NCBI RefSeq assembly: GCF_006345805.1
Contig: NC_043005.1
Coordinates: forward strand, 60,202,001-60,266,000
Length of the DNA stretch: 64,000 nucleotides
Direction: 5' to 3'
Origin: Octopus sinensis
Taxonomy: Eukaryota
Shown here: positions 15,865 through 27,957 of the stretch, in pieces
How the letters are laid out: each line of letters starts with the position of its first letter
How positions within the stretch are numbered: the stretch's first letter is position 1
Program-made: the position numbers and the translations under genes
Notes under the pieces: model-generated
Database searches by the model: none
Told to the model about the DNA's origin: nothing
The model's input: only the letters and a program-made list of their open reading frames with translations

Positions 15865-16445
15865 CTGTTATTAGCCTCAGGGGCATAAATGACGGGAACA
15901 TCACAAGGGCAGCAACAATGTGTGTGTGAATTAAAATAAACTAGGGATATAAAGAAAGATAAATATAGTGAAACGTAAAAAAAGTATACAGAATATACAA
16001 AGAATGTGTTAACAAGAAAGAAGCAGTCCTCTCGATGCAGGAGAAACCCTACGTAAAGGTAATCAAGGAACTCTACAGATCGAGGATTACAATGACCATC
16101 AATGGCCCGAGCCCTCTCTTATGCTATCCAATTTACAGGCGTATACTTAGAGGAAGGCCATTCATTCTAACCACTTTTCCCACAATCACCCACCTTTGCA
16201 CAAATCCCAACGAAGATTTAGGTATGGCATAAGGGCAAATAAAGCAACAGCAGTTACTTACTGGTGGTTAGTACTTCACCCTCCACACACAGTCTCCTTT
16301 CCAAGCGGAACTTTAAGCAGTCGAGAGCTTGGCTGAAGACGGTGGCGTCTTTGCTCAATCCTTTCAACCTCTTCCACCGCACATCGTCTTTTGCCATAGC
16401 CACTAGACAGGGGAACCACGCCTGCCCTGCCGTGTTAAAGGTGGA
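15865..16445 (-). mobile_element. 3' end of a Tx1/L1-like LINE (ORF2 C-terminus and 3' UTR) interrupted by a 52-bp insertion
   Basis: Minus-strand LKFRLERRLCVEGEVLTTSK / FVQRWVIVGKVVRMNG aligns with LKRKVRVERQVLSSECFKK/RWVNVARMARMN at 20525-20650. Confidence 0.65.
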
Positions 16446-16459
16446 TGGTTGATCGAATA

Positions 16460-16620
16460 ATAACAATGATCATGATCATGATGATCATGATGATCATGAT
16501 GATCATGATGATACAAGTAGTGTTGATGATGAGTATGATGTGGTGGTGGTGGTGGTGGTGGTGATGATGATGAGCAGGAGGACGACGACGAAGATGACAG
16601 AGACAATGATGATGATCAGA
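16460..16620. repeat. Compound (ATC/ATG)n and (GGT)n microsatellite
   Basis: Direct inspection. Confidence 0.9.
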
Positions 16621-16699
16621 AGACTAAGAAATCATGTATGTAAATTCGGTCACAATACGGGGGAAACAAATCAGAGTTCAATTCAATTTTCATTGCCAC

Positions 16700-18110
16700 C
16701 AAAACAGAACAGACTTCAAATGAACGAATCAAAACTTTTAATAAATGAAATATATATAATTCTATGACTTGTTACATGTGTGCAATACAACACTGAGTAT
16801 TGGAGTAAATTAAATATATGGTTTACGTTGAAAGAAGTGATATTACGGCGAAGGCGTTATCGAAAGCAAAGACATTCGTAGTAAAAAGCTAATGGGATGA
16901 AAACAAATTGAAATTAAGAAAATTACACAGAGAAAATACACTAAAAACACACGCAACTAATATCACCGGATTACGCATGGAAAACGTGAGCTGACATAAA
17001 TAAACAAAATCACCAGAACAAAACATATCACTTACGGAAGTCATAAAACAAACGGAAGAAATCTACGTTGCAGACGCAACAATACACAAAATAAATGATC
17101 CATGAACCAAAATGAAAATAGTACAGAAATTAACAAAAAAGAAACCTAAATAGTAGCTAACAAATGGAAAAGTGAGAGGAAAACAAGATGAAAAACTGAC
17201 TACCATAGAAAAACGATTTACACCAAAAGTATATCCTCGATACCATAAGTAAACATAAACAATATAAGTATCTATGACAACAGAATAACCAGACGCAAAT
17301 GTTCTAACTGTAACAATAAAGGAAAATAGATGAGATTACAAAATCAATAAATGAGATTCAAATAAAACATCTACCCTTGTTACATATGAACAGACATCAC
17401 TAATATAAATGAAAATAAATGTAACAGAACCTTAGAAAAAATTCTCTTCATAACAACAAACAGCCTAAATATCAACAGGGTGAATGTTTTTGTATATTCA
17501 GTTGTAGTTGTAGCAACAAATGAAAATGAGCTTGATCCTGATAAGGTCACTCAATTAAACCCCAGCAGGGAAAATGTAAGAAGGGCATAATACTTAACTT
17601 TCAGATAAAGAAAAAGGTTCTATCCTTATTTAGCTTCGTGGAAATTTTTTACCCTTACAGAAAAAATAATCCCAAATGACAAAAGGCAAACATATTAGAA
17701 AAGATACTTAAGAAACCAAAGGAATTTTAAGTAAACCATGGAAGAAAAAGATTGATGAAATACAGGATTGAAAAAGATGCAAAGGCTCATTTTGAAATAT
17801 ATATTTCACAAAACACAAAAAACATTGACGAAGACATAAGAAAGAAGGATAAAAGATGAGGAATAATATAACAATTTATGTTGCACAAATCCCAACGAAG
17901 ATTTAGGTATGGCATAAGGGCAAATAAAGCAACATCACTAAGCACAATAAAGTTATGCAACTGATTAGAAAGTTATGTAGGGGCAATAAATATCATAGCA
18001 CTACAAACACGACTCCTGTAGTCGGCAAAAGCTCACTAACAAGTTAAAAAGTGCAAGCTATGTAAAAGACAAGGTTTCACGGTTCTAACTGAAGTTCCTG
18101 GCCGTTACCG
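16700..18110 (+). mobile_element. Highly decayed A-rich LINE-like remnant (possible L1/Tx1 ORF1 and endonuclease start)
   Basis: Strongly A-rich strand; CxxC knuckle remnants RKCSNCNNKG (about 17295) and KCKLCKRQG (about 18050); SLNINR resembles the APE start motif. Confidence 0.3.
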
Positions 18111-18179
18111 ATGATTATATGACAATTAAGTCTCGATATATAATTTAGCTGAGAGAAAGCAAATTAATATGAATCCTCC

Positions 18180-18640
18180 AAAACAAAACTATCAGACATT
18201 CGATACCAATATACAAAACCATTACATCAGTACATTACAGTTAGCTGTTCATTATTCTAACCAACAATGATATATTATCACAAAAGCAGAAATGTTGCTG
18301 GAAAGAAATGTATGACTGTAAAGAACAGATATTTGAAGTTAGAATGTTTACAGACGCTTGGAGAGAAATGGAAGCAAATTTCAGGCGGACAGGATTGGTT
18401 ACCCAAAACGATTGAGAACATTCCACACTCCTGGATTCTAAAGACTTCTCCACGAAAAAGGCACCTGAAATACAAGCGCAGTTCAATATATTTGCCTTAT
18501 CAAAATGAATAGAAGTACAAAACCACAATAAAACACGAAGACAGTAAACTGAAACAATATTCGTTTTTCTCTGATTCCATTATCGAATTATTCAATGAAA
18601 CCTCTTTTGGGTACTGATAATGCGAACAAAGCAGACCTTC
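18180..18640 (+). mobile_element. Second R4/Dong-type RT fragment
   Basis: Frameshifted translation giving ...CKEQIF... and NIPHSWILKT, matching the RT motifs of the element at 13.8-14.0 kb. Confidence 0.6.
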
Positions 18641-18879
18641 TCTAAATGAATTGAAAATATCTACAAGGGTTAATATCAAGATAACGTTTCAATTCTTCAT
18701 GCAACAACCAATACAGAAAAAATTTGGCAAACTATTTTCTGAATAGCCAATTTGACTAATACACGTAATTGTAAGAGATCTACACAAAGATAACTTCTTA
18801 GTAGATAAAGCAGCGCAAAAATGAAAGAGAAATCAAAAGAGCGTAGTACAGTAAGTTTTGAGTAATACTGATTTCAGAT

Positions 18880-19048
18880 TTTAGCAGAAGACCAGCAATT
18901 ACGTGGGAGCACTTAAGTCGATTACATTGGCCGCGATGTTCAACTTGTATTTATTTTATTGACTCAGAAGGGATAAAAGTTAAGAGGGACAAAGTGCCAC
19001 TAAGGATTTTGTCCGGCGTGATAACGATTCTGCTAGCTTGTTGCCTAA
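18880..19048 (-). mobile_element. tRNA-derived SINE, family A, internally deleted
   Basis: aagtcgattacattgg... and gattttgtccggcgtgataacgattctgctagcttgttgcct. Confidence 0.75.
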
Positions 19049-19549
19049 GTTTGAGGAATATTAATAACAAAGTTGAATGTTGAAAATAAGACAGTAACAA
19101 CTCCATTTAAATTACATTCGCAATATAATGTCGAGTCTGATATGTGATGCATTAAGAGAAAAAAACTAAATGCTAAACCTGGAGATTACAGAGAGCATTG
19201 TCAATCTCCTCATCGCTGAATACCCTGTAGACAAGAAGAAAACTGTCTAATGAAAAAATCTTCAAAATAACAAAAGTTGTAAAAACATATTCAGAGAAAC
19301 CAACGAAAAATGCTAAATGTAATACGAATCATTAAGAAAGCATTTCCCACTATAACGAAACTGTGACGTACGAGCTAGAAAGAAATTGCATTAAGTAAAA
19401 AGATATAGGAAAAACAAAATGATAAATAAAATATGGAAATAAAAATATGGCAAATGAAAAATCATCACTGATCATAAGAAAATCAGATAAGTCTGAGATG
19501 CTATTATAGATTTGTTCAATATTAACAGCTATAAGGTTTTCTTTGATAT

Positions 19550-20260
19550 CAAGAATTACATGTAGGTTGAAATATCTTAACAAAAATACAGAAAAACAAA
19601 AGTGAGAAAATGCTGAATGATCAAAGATCAGCCGTGACAATTCACATAATCAGCTTATTAGAAAGAACAGAGAAAGTGTGAAATATATTGTTACAGCATG
19701 TTACTAAGCAGCAACAGAGGGAATACTTAAAGGTCATTATGAAGCCGCCACTAGATTTAAACCTGTCGAATTTATTAAAATGCTAAGCAAATACGATAGA
19801 CATTTAATAGATTTCTGTGACGATGATTCAACGTCGAATAGAATATTTAAATTTTAGATATCAGCCACATAGAATCTGTTATATTTTATGCTTGATGCAA
19901 TAATGAAAACGATCCAGCATTAGTAATCCTTGATTAAACCACATACATTATCTCCGTATGTCAAAGTTCACTTTTCATCACCTACAGGTTAACAAGATGC
20001 AGGATGGATTCTTAAGTTTTGAAAATATCTCTTAACATTGACTAGAAGAAATGCACAGTAAATATGTTAATAATCTTTGCAAAAGTAGCAATGCAAAATC
20101 AAAATATTTGTTCAGTTCTTCTCTGATGCTTCTGGTATGGCTGGGAAGTTGGATGGCTTATAAACGAAGAATTAAAAGAAAATATCCAGCAGCTTTATAC
20201 GTTGATTTGTACTAAGACTAAATATAGTCTTACGACAAATGGCAGAATATATGAAAGGAA
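19550..20260 (+). mobile_element. Decayed hAT (ZMYM1/Tip100-like) transposase fragment
   Basis: SDASGMAGKLDGL*TK/IKRKYPAALYV resembles the hAT core YDGASNMSG...IK..YP.ALYVHC. Confidence 0.6.
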
Positions 20261-20519
20261 AATGACCTTTCATGACTTCTGTAATTCTACAAAATGAACA
20301 CAATCTTTAAGAACTGACCTTGAGAAAGCTTTCAACAGTATCAACCTGTCGTTAGAATTATTATTCAAATCTTCTTGATAATTCAGTTTCTTTAAATGTA
20401 AGAAATATTTTACAGCTTTAAAAATGTACATGTGGGTTGTTGATGTACATGTTAAAATCATTCATCGTTGATGGATGATTTTAACTTTTTGTTCTTCTGG
20501 ATTTATTTTGCCAAAGTTT

Positions 20520-20840
20520 TTCCGTTGTTGAAGAGGAAAGTGAGAGTAGAGAGGCAAGTTTTGTCTAGTGAATGTTTTAAAAAAGATGGGTGAATGTAGC
20601 AAGGATGGCACGTATGAATGACGAAGCCACCTTGACTACGATTCTATGAACCGTAAAAATTAATACAGAGAGTTGCTTATTTGCAAAAAAAAAAGAAATA
20701 TAACATGTGACTTCATTGACCGAGGTTACCGTGGTCTTTTCCGTAGGCTTTTCTTTCCACGGGTAAACCTCACCTGTCCTCCTCTTTACACTTCATATTG
20801 ACATTTCTGTGATAACGATCCCTATTGATATAATGCTGCC
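20520..20840 (+). mobile_element. 3' end of a Tx1/L1-like LINE (ORF2 C-terminus and 3' UTR with stem-loop)
   Basis: LKRKVRVERQVLSSECFKK/RWVNVARMARMNDEATLTTIL* followed by a UTR hairpin at 20722-20771. Confidence 0.65.
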
Positions 20841-21379
20841 GAGTAATCATAGTTTAGGATGATGTGTGGGGACTGGCATGTGCAATATAAGCCCGATGTT
20901 TCATCTGGGTGTCATAAAATGTGACAAAAAGAGGTTGAGGTAGAATTTGAAATCCGACCTCGTAAAACACTCTGAAGCAAAGACTACCCAAACAAGCCCA
21001 TGGGTTGGAGTCCTGAGTGGTGGAAAGGCGGCATCCACCAGAAGTAGTAGAGTATCACCAACAGATGGGGACGCAGCGATGTGCTGGTACTGCGCATGCG
21101 TTCATATTTCTACTACTACTTCTTTTAAAATAGTGGCAAATTTACTTATGCCTTTGGACTAGAAAAGAGAAGAGGTTTAGAACATTTAAAAGATAAAAAG
21201 AAAATGTATAATTGCACATATAAAATAAATTCAGATTTAAGAGGCAACAAAGGCAAAAAGGATGTGAAGACATTGTTCTTATAAAATCACGGAGAAATTA
21301 TATGATACTTAAATAGGTTAAAATCAGAGTTGCAAATTTTAAGTCGTTATAATGATCTAGAGTCAGTCTTTTTGTTATG

Positions 21380-21700
21380 AAAGTGTCTCTGTAATAATTC
21401 AGCTGTGCATAACAAAACTATAACAGGAATTTTGAGTTTCATAAAGGTGACAATAGCCAGAGTAATTTTAATCAGTAAATATTTCACAGTAAAACGCTGC
21501 TTCCCCGCTTTAAAGCGAAATAAAATTAACCCAGGAAAATCTCAGGGATAAGAGAGACTGCAAAATTATAAAAAAAGTATCAGTGCATAATCAGTTGCAT
21601 ATTAATTGAAATTTGCATACCAATTAAAAGATAATTATAAATAATCTTCTGCTCAGCTAGAAATTCGCAGTAAAATTATTGAACATGTTGCTCGTAAACT
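21380..21700 (+). mobile_element. hAT C-terminal dimerization domain remnant
   Basis: KRCFPALKRNKINPGKSQG*ERLQN resembles ERSFSALKRIKT.LR..MGQERL. Confidence 0.55.
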
Positions 21701-23309
21701 AAAAAAGATTTCCATTGGACTGTGTTTAATATGCTGTGTTAAAATAATAGTTTGCGTTACTACATATTCAGAATTTTAAGTTAATTAATTAGAAAAAGGT
21801 ATCAATATGCATGCCTTAGCTTTTCAAAGATTTACTTAACCTACCATTTTCAATATAACTTCTAAATAAACATGTACATCACAGGAACACATTCTGCATA
21901 ATTTTTCATCGATCGCCTTACACCTACCTAAATGGTTCAATTCGAACTAAGGCTAGAAATACATAAAATCCGGAAGCATGTGATTGTGAAACAAATTTTC
22001 TAACCAGAATGTTCGACAGCTATCTTCTCTTAATGTGAATTTTGATAGAAATTTCTCTATTTTGACAATTGCGGGGCATCACTTACACTACCACTCAACT
22101 TGAAAAACGTTAGTAGACAGACGAAGATCACATTCGGTAATGGAGTTAGAATATACGATAACTAAAAATAAAACGAAATTAGGGGTTGAATAACTTTGAT
22201 CATAGTTCTACTTGATCTCGAGTGATCTAGGACACCAACGGTTTTCTCATGTAACGTTGAAGGTCAGTGAAACATACCGTTAAAAGTATACATATAATCA
22301 GTAGAGTTTGGGAACGTGCAATGAATTTAAAATCTATATATTATCCGCAGTATGTGGTATTGACAAAAACTTGACTTTAGTCTTCGAAAAATAATCGATA
22401 AAGCGGCATTTAATAGGAAAAAATATTGTCAGTAAATAAAACATCGGTTTTTGCCCCATGACGGTGTAATTATAGAAATGCCTGAAGAAAAATTCATAAA
22501 TATTATTACCTGGAATGTGAAGCAAGCAAAAGTGAAATGTAGAAGACGTGGATGCTTCAGTAAGTATAGAAATATATAAAGTTTATACATTATTCAAGAT
22601 ATAGATGTTTTATCTACATACATTGTCCCCTTGGGAGAATCACATAATACAATTTGAATAAGTAATGTTGACTATGTCTGAGTTAGCTTATTATATACAG
22701 TGTATTTCTTCCTTTTTCTCTCCCTCTCTCCCAACCTTTCTCTGACTCTTTTTATATATAGTCAAACACATACATATAATAATATTGCAGCACTCAATTA
22801 ATGTATTCAGAATACTATATAGTCTGCTTGAAATAAAACTTCTTTTCCTCAGGATTCATATGTCATTCAAAAACAAATGTGTTCAAAAATTAAATTCTGT
22901 GCGGTTGAAAAACAGAATTCTTTTCTTTATTGGAAGGGCCCTGGATATATACGAATTGACAACTGGGTTTTATAATTTTACTTAATAAATATGTTCTAAA
23001 GGGAAGAAGTTTCGTGCATATAAAAATGATAAAGATGATATATTTGTATTAGGGGGTTAACAACTGAGAAACAAAAAGATTAAAGATAATACTGACAAAA
23101 ATTGGAAATTGAAAATAATTAAATACCTAAAATATAATGAACATTAAGTATGTTAAAGAAAACACAGTTTATATTAGGTTTAAGAAAGCATGGCCATGAA
23201 TAAAACTTCGCGGTAAAGATGTAATTGTTTTGCCAAAAAATAATAAAAGTGTAAAGTATGCTGCTGTCAACATTACCTTTTAATATGACCTTTCAGATGA
23301 TTGTAGCTT

Positions 23310-23500
23310 GTTGGCTGAATCAATACCACGGCGGCAAACTACTTAGCGGCATTTCGGCAAATTTTACCAAGGTTGGTCAGCCTTTCATGATTTCGAAATC
23401 GATAAAATAAGTTCCAAGTCGAGCACAGGGGTCGATGTAGTCGACTTTACCCTCCCTCGAAATTGCTGGTCTTGCTTCAAATATTTCAAACCAATATGTC
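23310..23500 (+). mobile_element. tRNA-derived SINE, family A
   Basis: cttagcggcatttcgg...gataaaataagttcc...ggggtcgatgtagtcgact...aaattgctggtcttg. Confidence 0.75.
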
Positions 23501-23611
23501 CTTTTAAATAAACTACGGACAGAGCGAGAACATTGTCACGACTGAGCTAGTACCAGAAAAATAATGAAAAGACTACCATATTAGCAGTAGTTTATAAATA
23601 TGACATAGTTA

Positions 23612-23765
23612 TGCTGGTGGGCTGAAACGTTCATAGGCTGATTACGAAGGTGTGATACAAAAGCTGTGAGATTTTTAGTGAACTGGGTCGATGTAATCGA
23701 CAACATTCCTTCCCCATAGGTGCTGGTCCTGTTCCGAAATACGAAAGAATTATCATTATTAGTTG
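23612..23765 (+). mobile_element. Mariner TIR-like remnant followed by a family A SINE 3' fragment
   Basis: gtgggctgaaacgttcataggctga (mariner-type terminus), then ctgggtcgatgtaatcgac. Confidence 0.5.
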
Positions 23766-25129
23766 CAGCATTAGTAGCAATAGAAGTACTTGCAAATAAG
23801 GTGACGATGGCACTACTTATCTTCAACCGTAGGTTGACGAAATGGCAGAATAGGTAGTGTCGGAATTAATGCATCACGGTTTTTATTTCTAATTCTTCCT
23901 CTACTGAGATGGGATCCCGCCAAGAACAACATTACTTTCTATATTTCTGGGATCACATACATAAAAAGGTCCATGGAATTGACTTACTATCTCCCTTAAA
24001 GTTTCCTGAACTTCTGCTTAAATTAGAAACCAGTATCAGCGGTAACCATAGTAGTATTTGGAAAATACATAAGAAGTCGTATTACGGAATTTTACTTTCC
24101 AAAATAAATTTTCAAATCAAAAATAAAAATCTTTGCACAGTTTTGTGCTCAAGAGGTGCCACACAGACGAAGGAAGGGTATACATTATTTCGATTTATGT
24201 ACGTGACCCAGGTATGTGTGTGATTGTAAATATGATAGCATTGTATTTTATGTTATATTCGAATTTTTATAAATAGTAATGAATTTCTCTCGAAAACATG
24301 TAAATTCTTATTTCTTGGTCGCCTTAATGAACGCTGACCAATACTGAACATTGTTGATGGAGTATTCTTGTATAATTAACAATACTAGACTTCGTTTTAT
24401 GTATCTGGTTTGCAAGATTTTGAATGGGAATTCGTGTTTTGAAGCAAATTTTGTTGTCTGGGGAGAGAATATTTTGTTAATGCCTTATTATCTAACACAC
24501 ACACCTGTTCGATATTCACTCATTTATTATTTAAACCAGTGCGTGTTTTAGATAATAAAGCATTAAGACAATATTACTCTCCCCAGACACAAGAAAATAG
24601 TAGATATGTTTTCCTACATATAAAAACAAAACAAACCATTTAGCGTACACTCACTCTCACACACACACATCACACAAAAATCTATTTTCATAATTTGTGC
24701 AAACACATAACACAAGCACACAAACACACACTAACAGTGCACACAAAATGAGAGAAGAAGTCATAATTTCTTTTGGTTTAAGCTAATGCGCAAATTTATG
24801 TATAAATTTCGTTCTTAGAGTCGAAAATTGTTATGGAATTTTTCAAATGAATAATGGAAAGAAAGAAATGTTAGAAAATTTCTGGGAAGGGTGTAATAAA
24901 AAAATAATCATGGAAATATTGAGGTAATACTTAACCGTCATCTTCCATTTTTATGAAACGTCTCCGAAAATGTCGAGTGATAAAAAGAAAAAACAACTCG
25001 GTGTATGACGTGTTTCATTAAGAGCTGGCCAGGAAAATGAAAATGATTATTTGCGATTTAAGTGTAAAGCCATGGAATTTTGTGAAAGGGGGATTCTCGA
25101 TGACATCTACTTCAGTAACATCAAAAGTG

Positions 25130-25260
25130 GATACCTGTTATTCGGAAGGGCAAAAAGCAAAGGTGATATCGGTAAGATTTGAACTCCGAATGTAAAGATC
25201 CAAAACAAATAACATTCTTTTTTGGTTTGACGCGTTGTTGAATCTGGAATTCTAACGCTC
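25130..25260 (-). mobile_element. Decayed family A SINE fragment
   Basis: gcaaaggtgatatcggtaagatttgaactccgaatgtaaag matches the reverse complement of the B-box region. Confidence 0.55.
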
Positions 25261-25904
25261 CAATGAAGAGCAGCAGCAAAGACATCAACAAGATGAAGAA
25301 GGGAAGGAGCGAAAAGAAGGAAAAAAGGAACAAGAATAATAACAAGTAGAACGAGAGATAGAAGAAAGGAAGTATCATCTGAAAGAACAAGTATTAGAAA
25401 AGGGTGAGGATGGATAGGTGAAGGGAGACAAATTTGGAGAATTAGAATTAAAATGGAAATGGAAGAAAAGGAGATGTCAGAATACGATGGTCATTATCTA
25501 TTTTGTTTAAACTTTGTTGACGTAGAATTAAACAAAAAGAAACCACCAACTTGATAAAAATCTGTTCTCTAAAATTTTAAGTGAAGTGAAACATTATTAT
25601 TTTTATGGGCCTCGTTTTTTATATCAAATGTCACATGTATGATGGTTTAAACTAAATGTAAGTTATCGAAAGTCTGACAAGATGTCTCCGTTAATTTTTT
25701 TTAATTGAATTATAAAGTTTATGGCACAGGCTTCTCTCTGTTTTTTCTCCTTCTAAACTGAATTAAATTCGTTTTAAGCGTGATTACGTTGATCTACAAA
25801 TTTCAACAGCCTGTAATTAGAAATTGTGTGAGGCTTTCAAACATGGTGAACACGTAAATGAATAATTTCATTCACTTCATACAAGAAAATAAACATACAA
25901 ACGT

Positions 25905-25945
25905 GCGCACACACACACAACCAATTACACACACATACACACACT

Positions 25946-25976
<31 letters not shown>

Positions 25977-25983
25977 GTATATA

Positions 25984-26038
<55 letters not shown>

Positions 26039-26235
26039 CTATATATATCATATATATTTCTATATTTCTATATACACATAATCCTATACATATATATGTA
26101 TGTATATGTAAATATATGTATATAATGCATATACATATACATATATGTGTATATATGTGTGTATAAACTCGTACATTCATACACACACGCATGTATATAT
26201 ATATATTTATGTATGCATATGGATGTTATATGTAT
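25905..26235. repeat. (CA)n/(TA)n compound microsatellite
   Basis: Direct inspection. Confidence 0.95.
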
Positions 26236-26238
26236 GTA

Positions 26239-27491
26239 CAGGGTGGGGAAGCAAAATTTACAATGAACATTAAGTTGTTTTTTCTCAGGAGGCACTAAGT
26301 CAATTGTTTTGAAACCTAGCATATATTGATGTCATACTGATATCTAACGCTATTATCCTTCCCTTTTCAGAAACCTTTGCCCATATGAGTAATCAGGAAA
26401 GCCACAGTCAAAGAATGTGCGATTTTCTGAATGCACTCGGCACACAAAAGGAGATTTCAAAAATAGTTGGAGTGTCCATAAATGCTATTTATAATGTAAA
26501 GAATAGAATGACTATGAGCAAAACTTATACGAGGAAGTCTGGAAGTTGAGGAATCAACAAAAAAACGTACCAAAGCTTTTATTAAAGCTCTCAAATCCCA
26601 AATTCTAAAGGATCCAACCAAATCCATGAGAGAAATGGCAATTGAACTTGAGGTAGAAAACAAGACCATTATAAATGATGTAAAATATGATCTGAGGTTA
26701 AAATCTTACACAAGAACACCAAAACACTTGTTGACGACAGCTATGAAGGAAAGAGATTGGAGAGGTGCAAGAAAATTATTACATGGTTCAAGAAAAAGTC
26801 CTCCATTGTAACGATCTTTTCAGATGAAAAGATCTTCACTGTCGATGCTGTTCTGAACTGCAGAAATGACAGATTTATCGCAAAATCAACAGCTGAGGTT
26901 AAGGGGACATTCAAAACAAAAGATCCTGCTCAAGTTATGCCTTTTGGTGTTGTGGCTTCTGATGGAAAGAAAATGCCTATAAAATTCTACAAGCTGATGA
27001 AAAGATCAATGTTAATATTTACTACAAGACTCTGAGATACCAGGTATTTCCATAGCTTAAAGCAAACTACGCAGATTGTAATTATGTATGGACACAAGTT
27101 TTCTGCAAATCCGACTTTATCAGTTTTTTGGAATCATGTTTATGGCCGCCTTCTAGCCCAGATCTGAACTCTCTGGATTATGCTATTTGGGGCGTTTTAG
27201 AACATGCTACCAATAGAACATCACGCAGGAATGTCGACTCTCTTAAAGATACTGTTAAAGAAGAATGGGAGAAGTTGTCTTCCGAATTTTTGAGGAAAGC
27301 CTGTGCAAGTTTCAGGAAGCGTGTGAAGGCAGTTATTGAGAAAGTAGGAGGAGACATAGAATAACAATAGTTTCTATTATGTAAATTGTCTTGTGGCAAA
27401 TAAATTCTCATGATTTTCAATAAACAGATTGGTCATACACTGTCTTTCAATCCCTGCCTCAAAATATTGTAAATTTCGCTTCCCCACCCTG
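26239..27491 (+). mobile_element. Tc1/mariner-superfamily DD37D (maT) transposon with intact termini and a defective transposase
   Basis: 26-bp TIRs cagggtggggaagc(a/g)aaatttacaat with 1 mismatch; TA on both sides (26237-38, 27492-93); motifs FSDEKIFTVDAVLN.RNDR and WPPSSPDLNSLDYAIWG. Confidence 0.93.
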
Positions 27492-27957
27492 TATATATCT
27501 ACAAATATATATACATGAGTGCAAGTATGAACGGTGCCAATAACATTTGGTCTGCTCATACAACTTTATTTCAGTATTAATATTTATAAGGTATGTGAAA
27601 GAGACTTGTAAAAATTTGTAATAAACATTTCCGTTCAGATAATCGTTGCAGAAACATATTGTACATATAGATTAAATTATTAAACCAAAGTAAGTGCTTA
27701 CACATGTTTACGCCAGGCTTTATTGTTTCTATCACTAAGCCCCTGGATTGCTACCGTACAAAGACACCAGTATAAACTGTCAATTTTAGATAATTCATAA
27801 CAAACACTCTAACGGTTCTATTTGTAAATTATTTTCACCGATCTTTGCACTGGCAAACGACTAATTCAAGGGACACAGTATAACCAGCTGACATATTACA
27901 ATCATATAAGGATTGACACACAAACTCTCATTGTATACTAACGTATATACCATATAC

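Noticed and set aside
15632-15904. Poly-T/A, poly-L and poly-S ORFs
   Set aside because: Three readings of the (AGT/AGC)n array.
20722-20771. Hairpin as a pre-miRNA
   Set aside because: It lies in a LINE 3' UTR, has short bulged arms and a large loop; reported instead as a LINE stem-loop.
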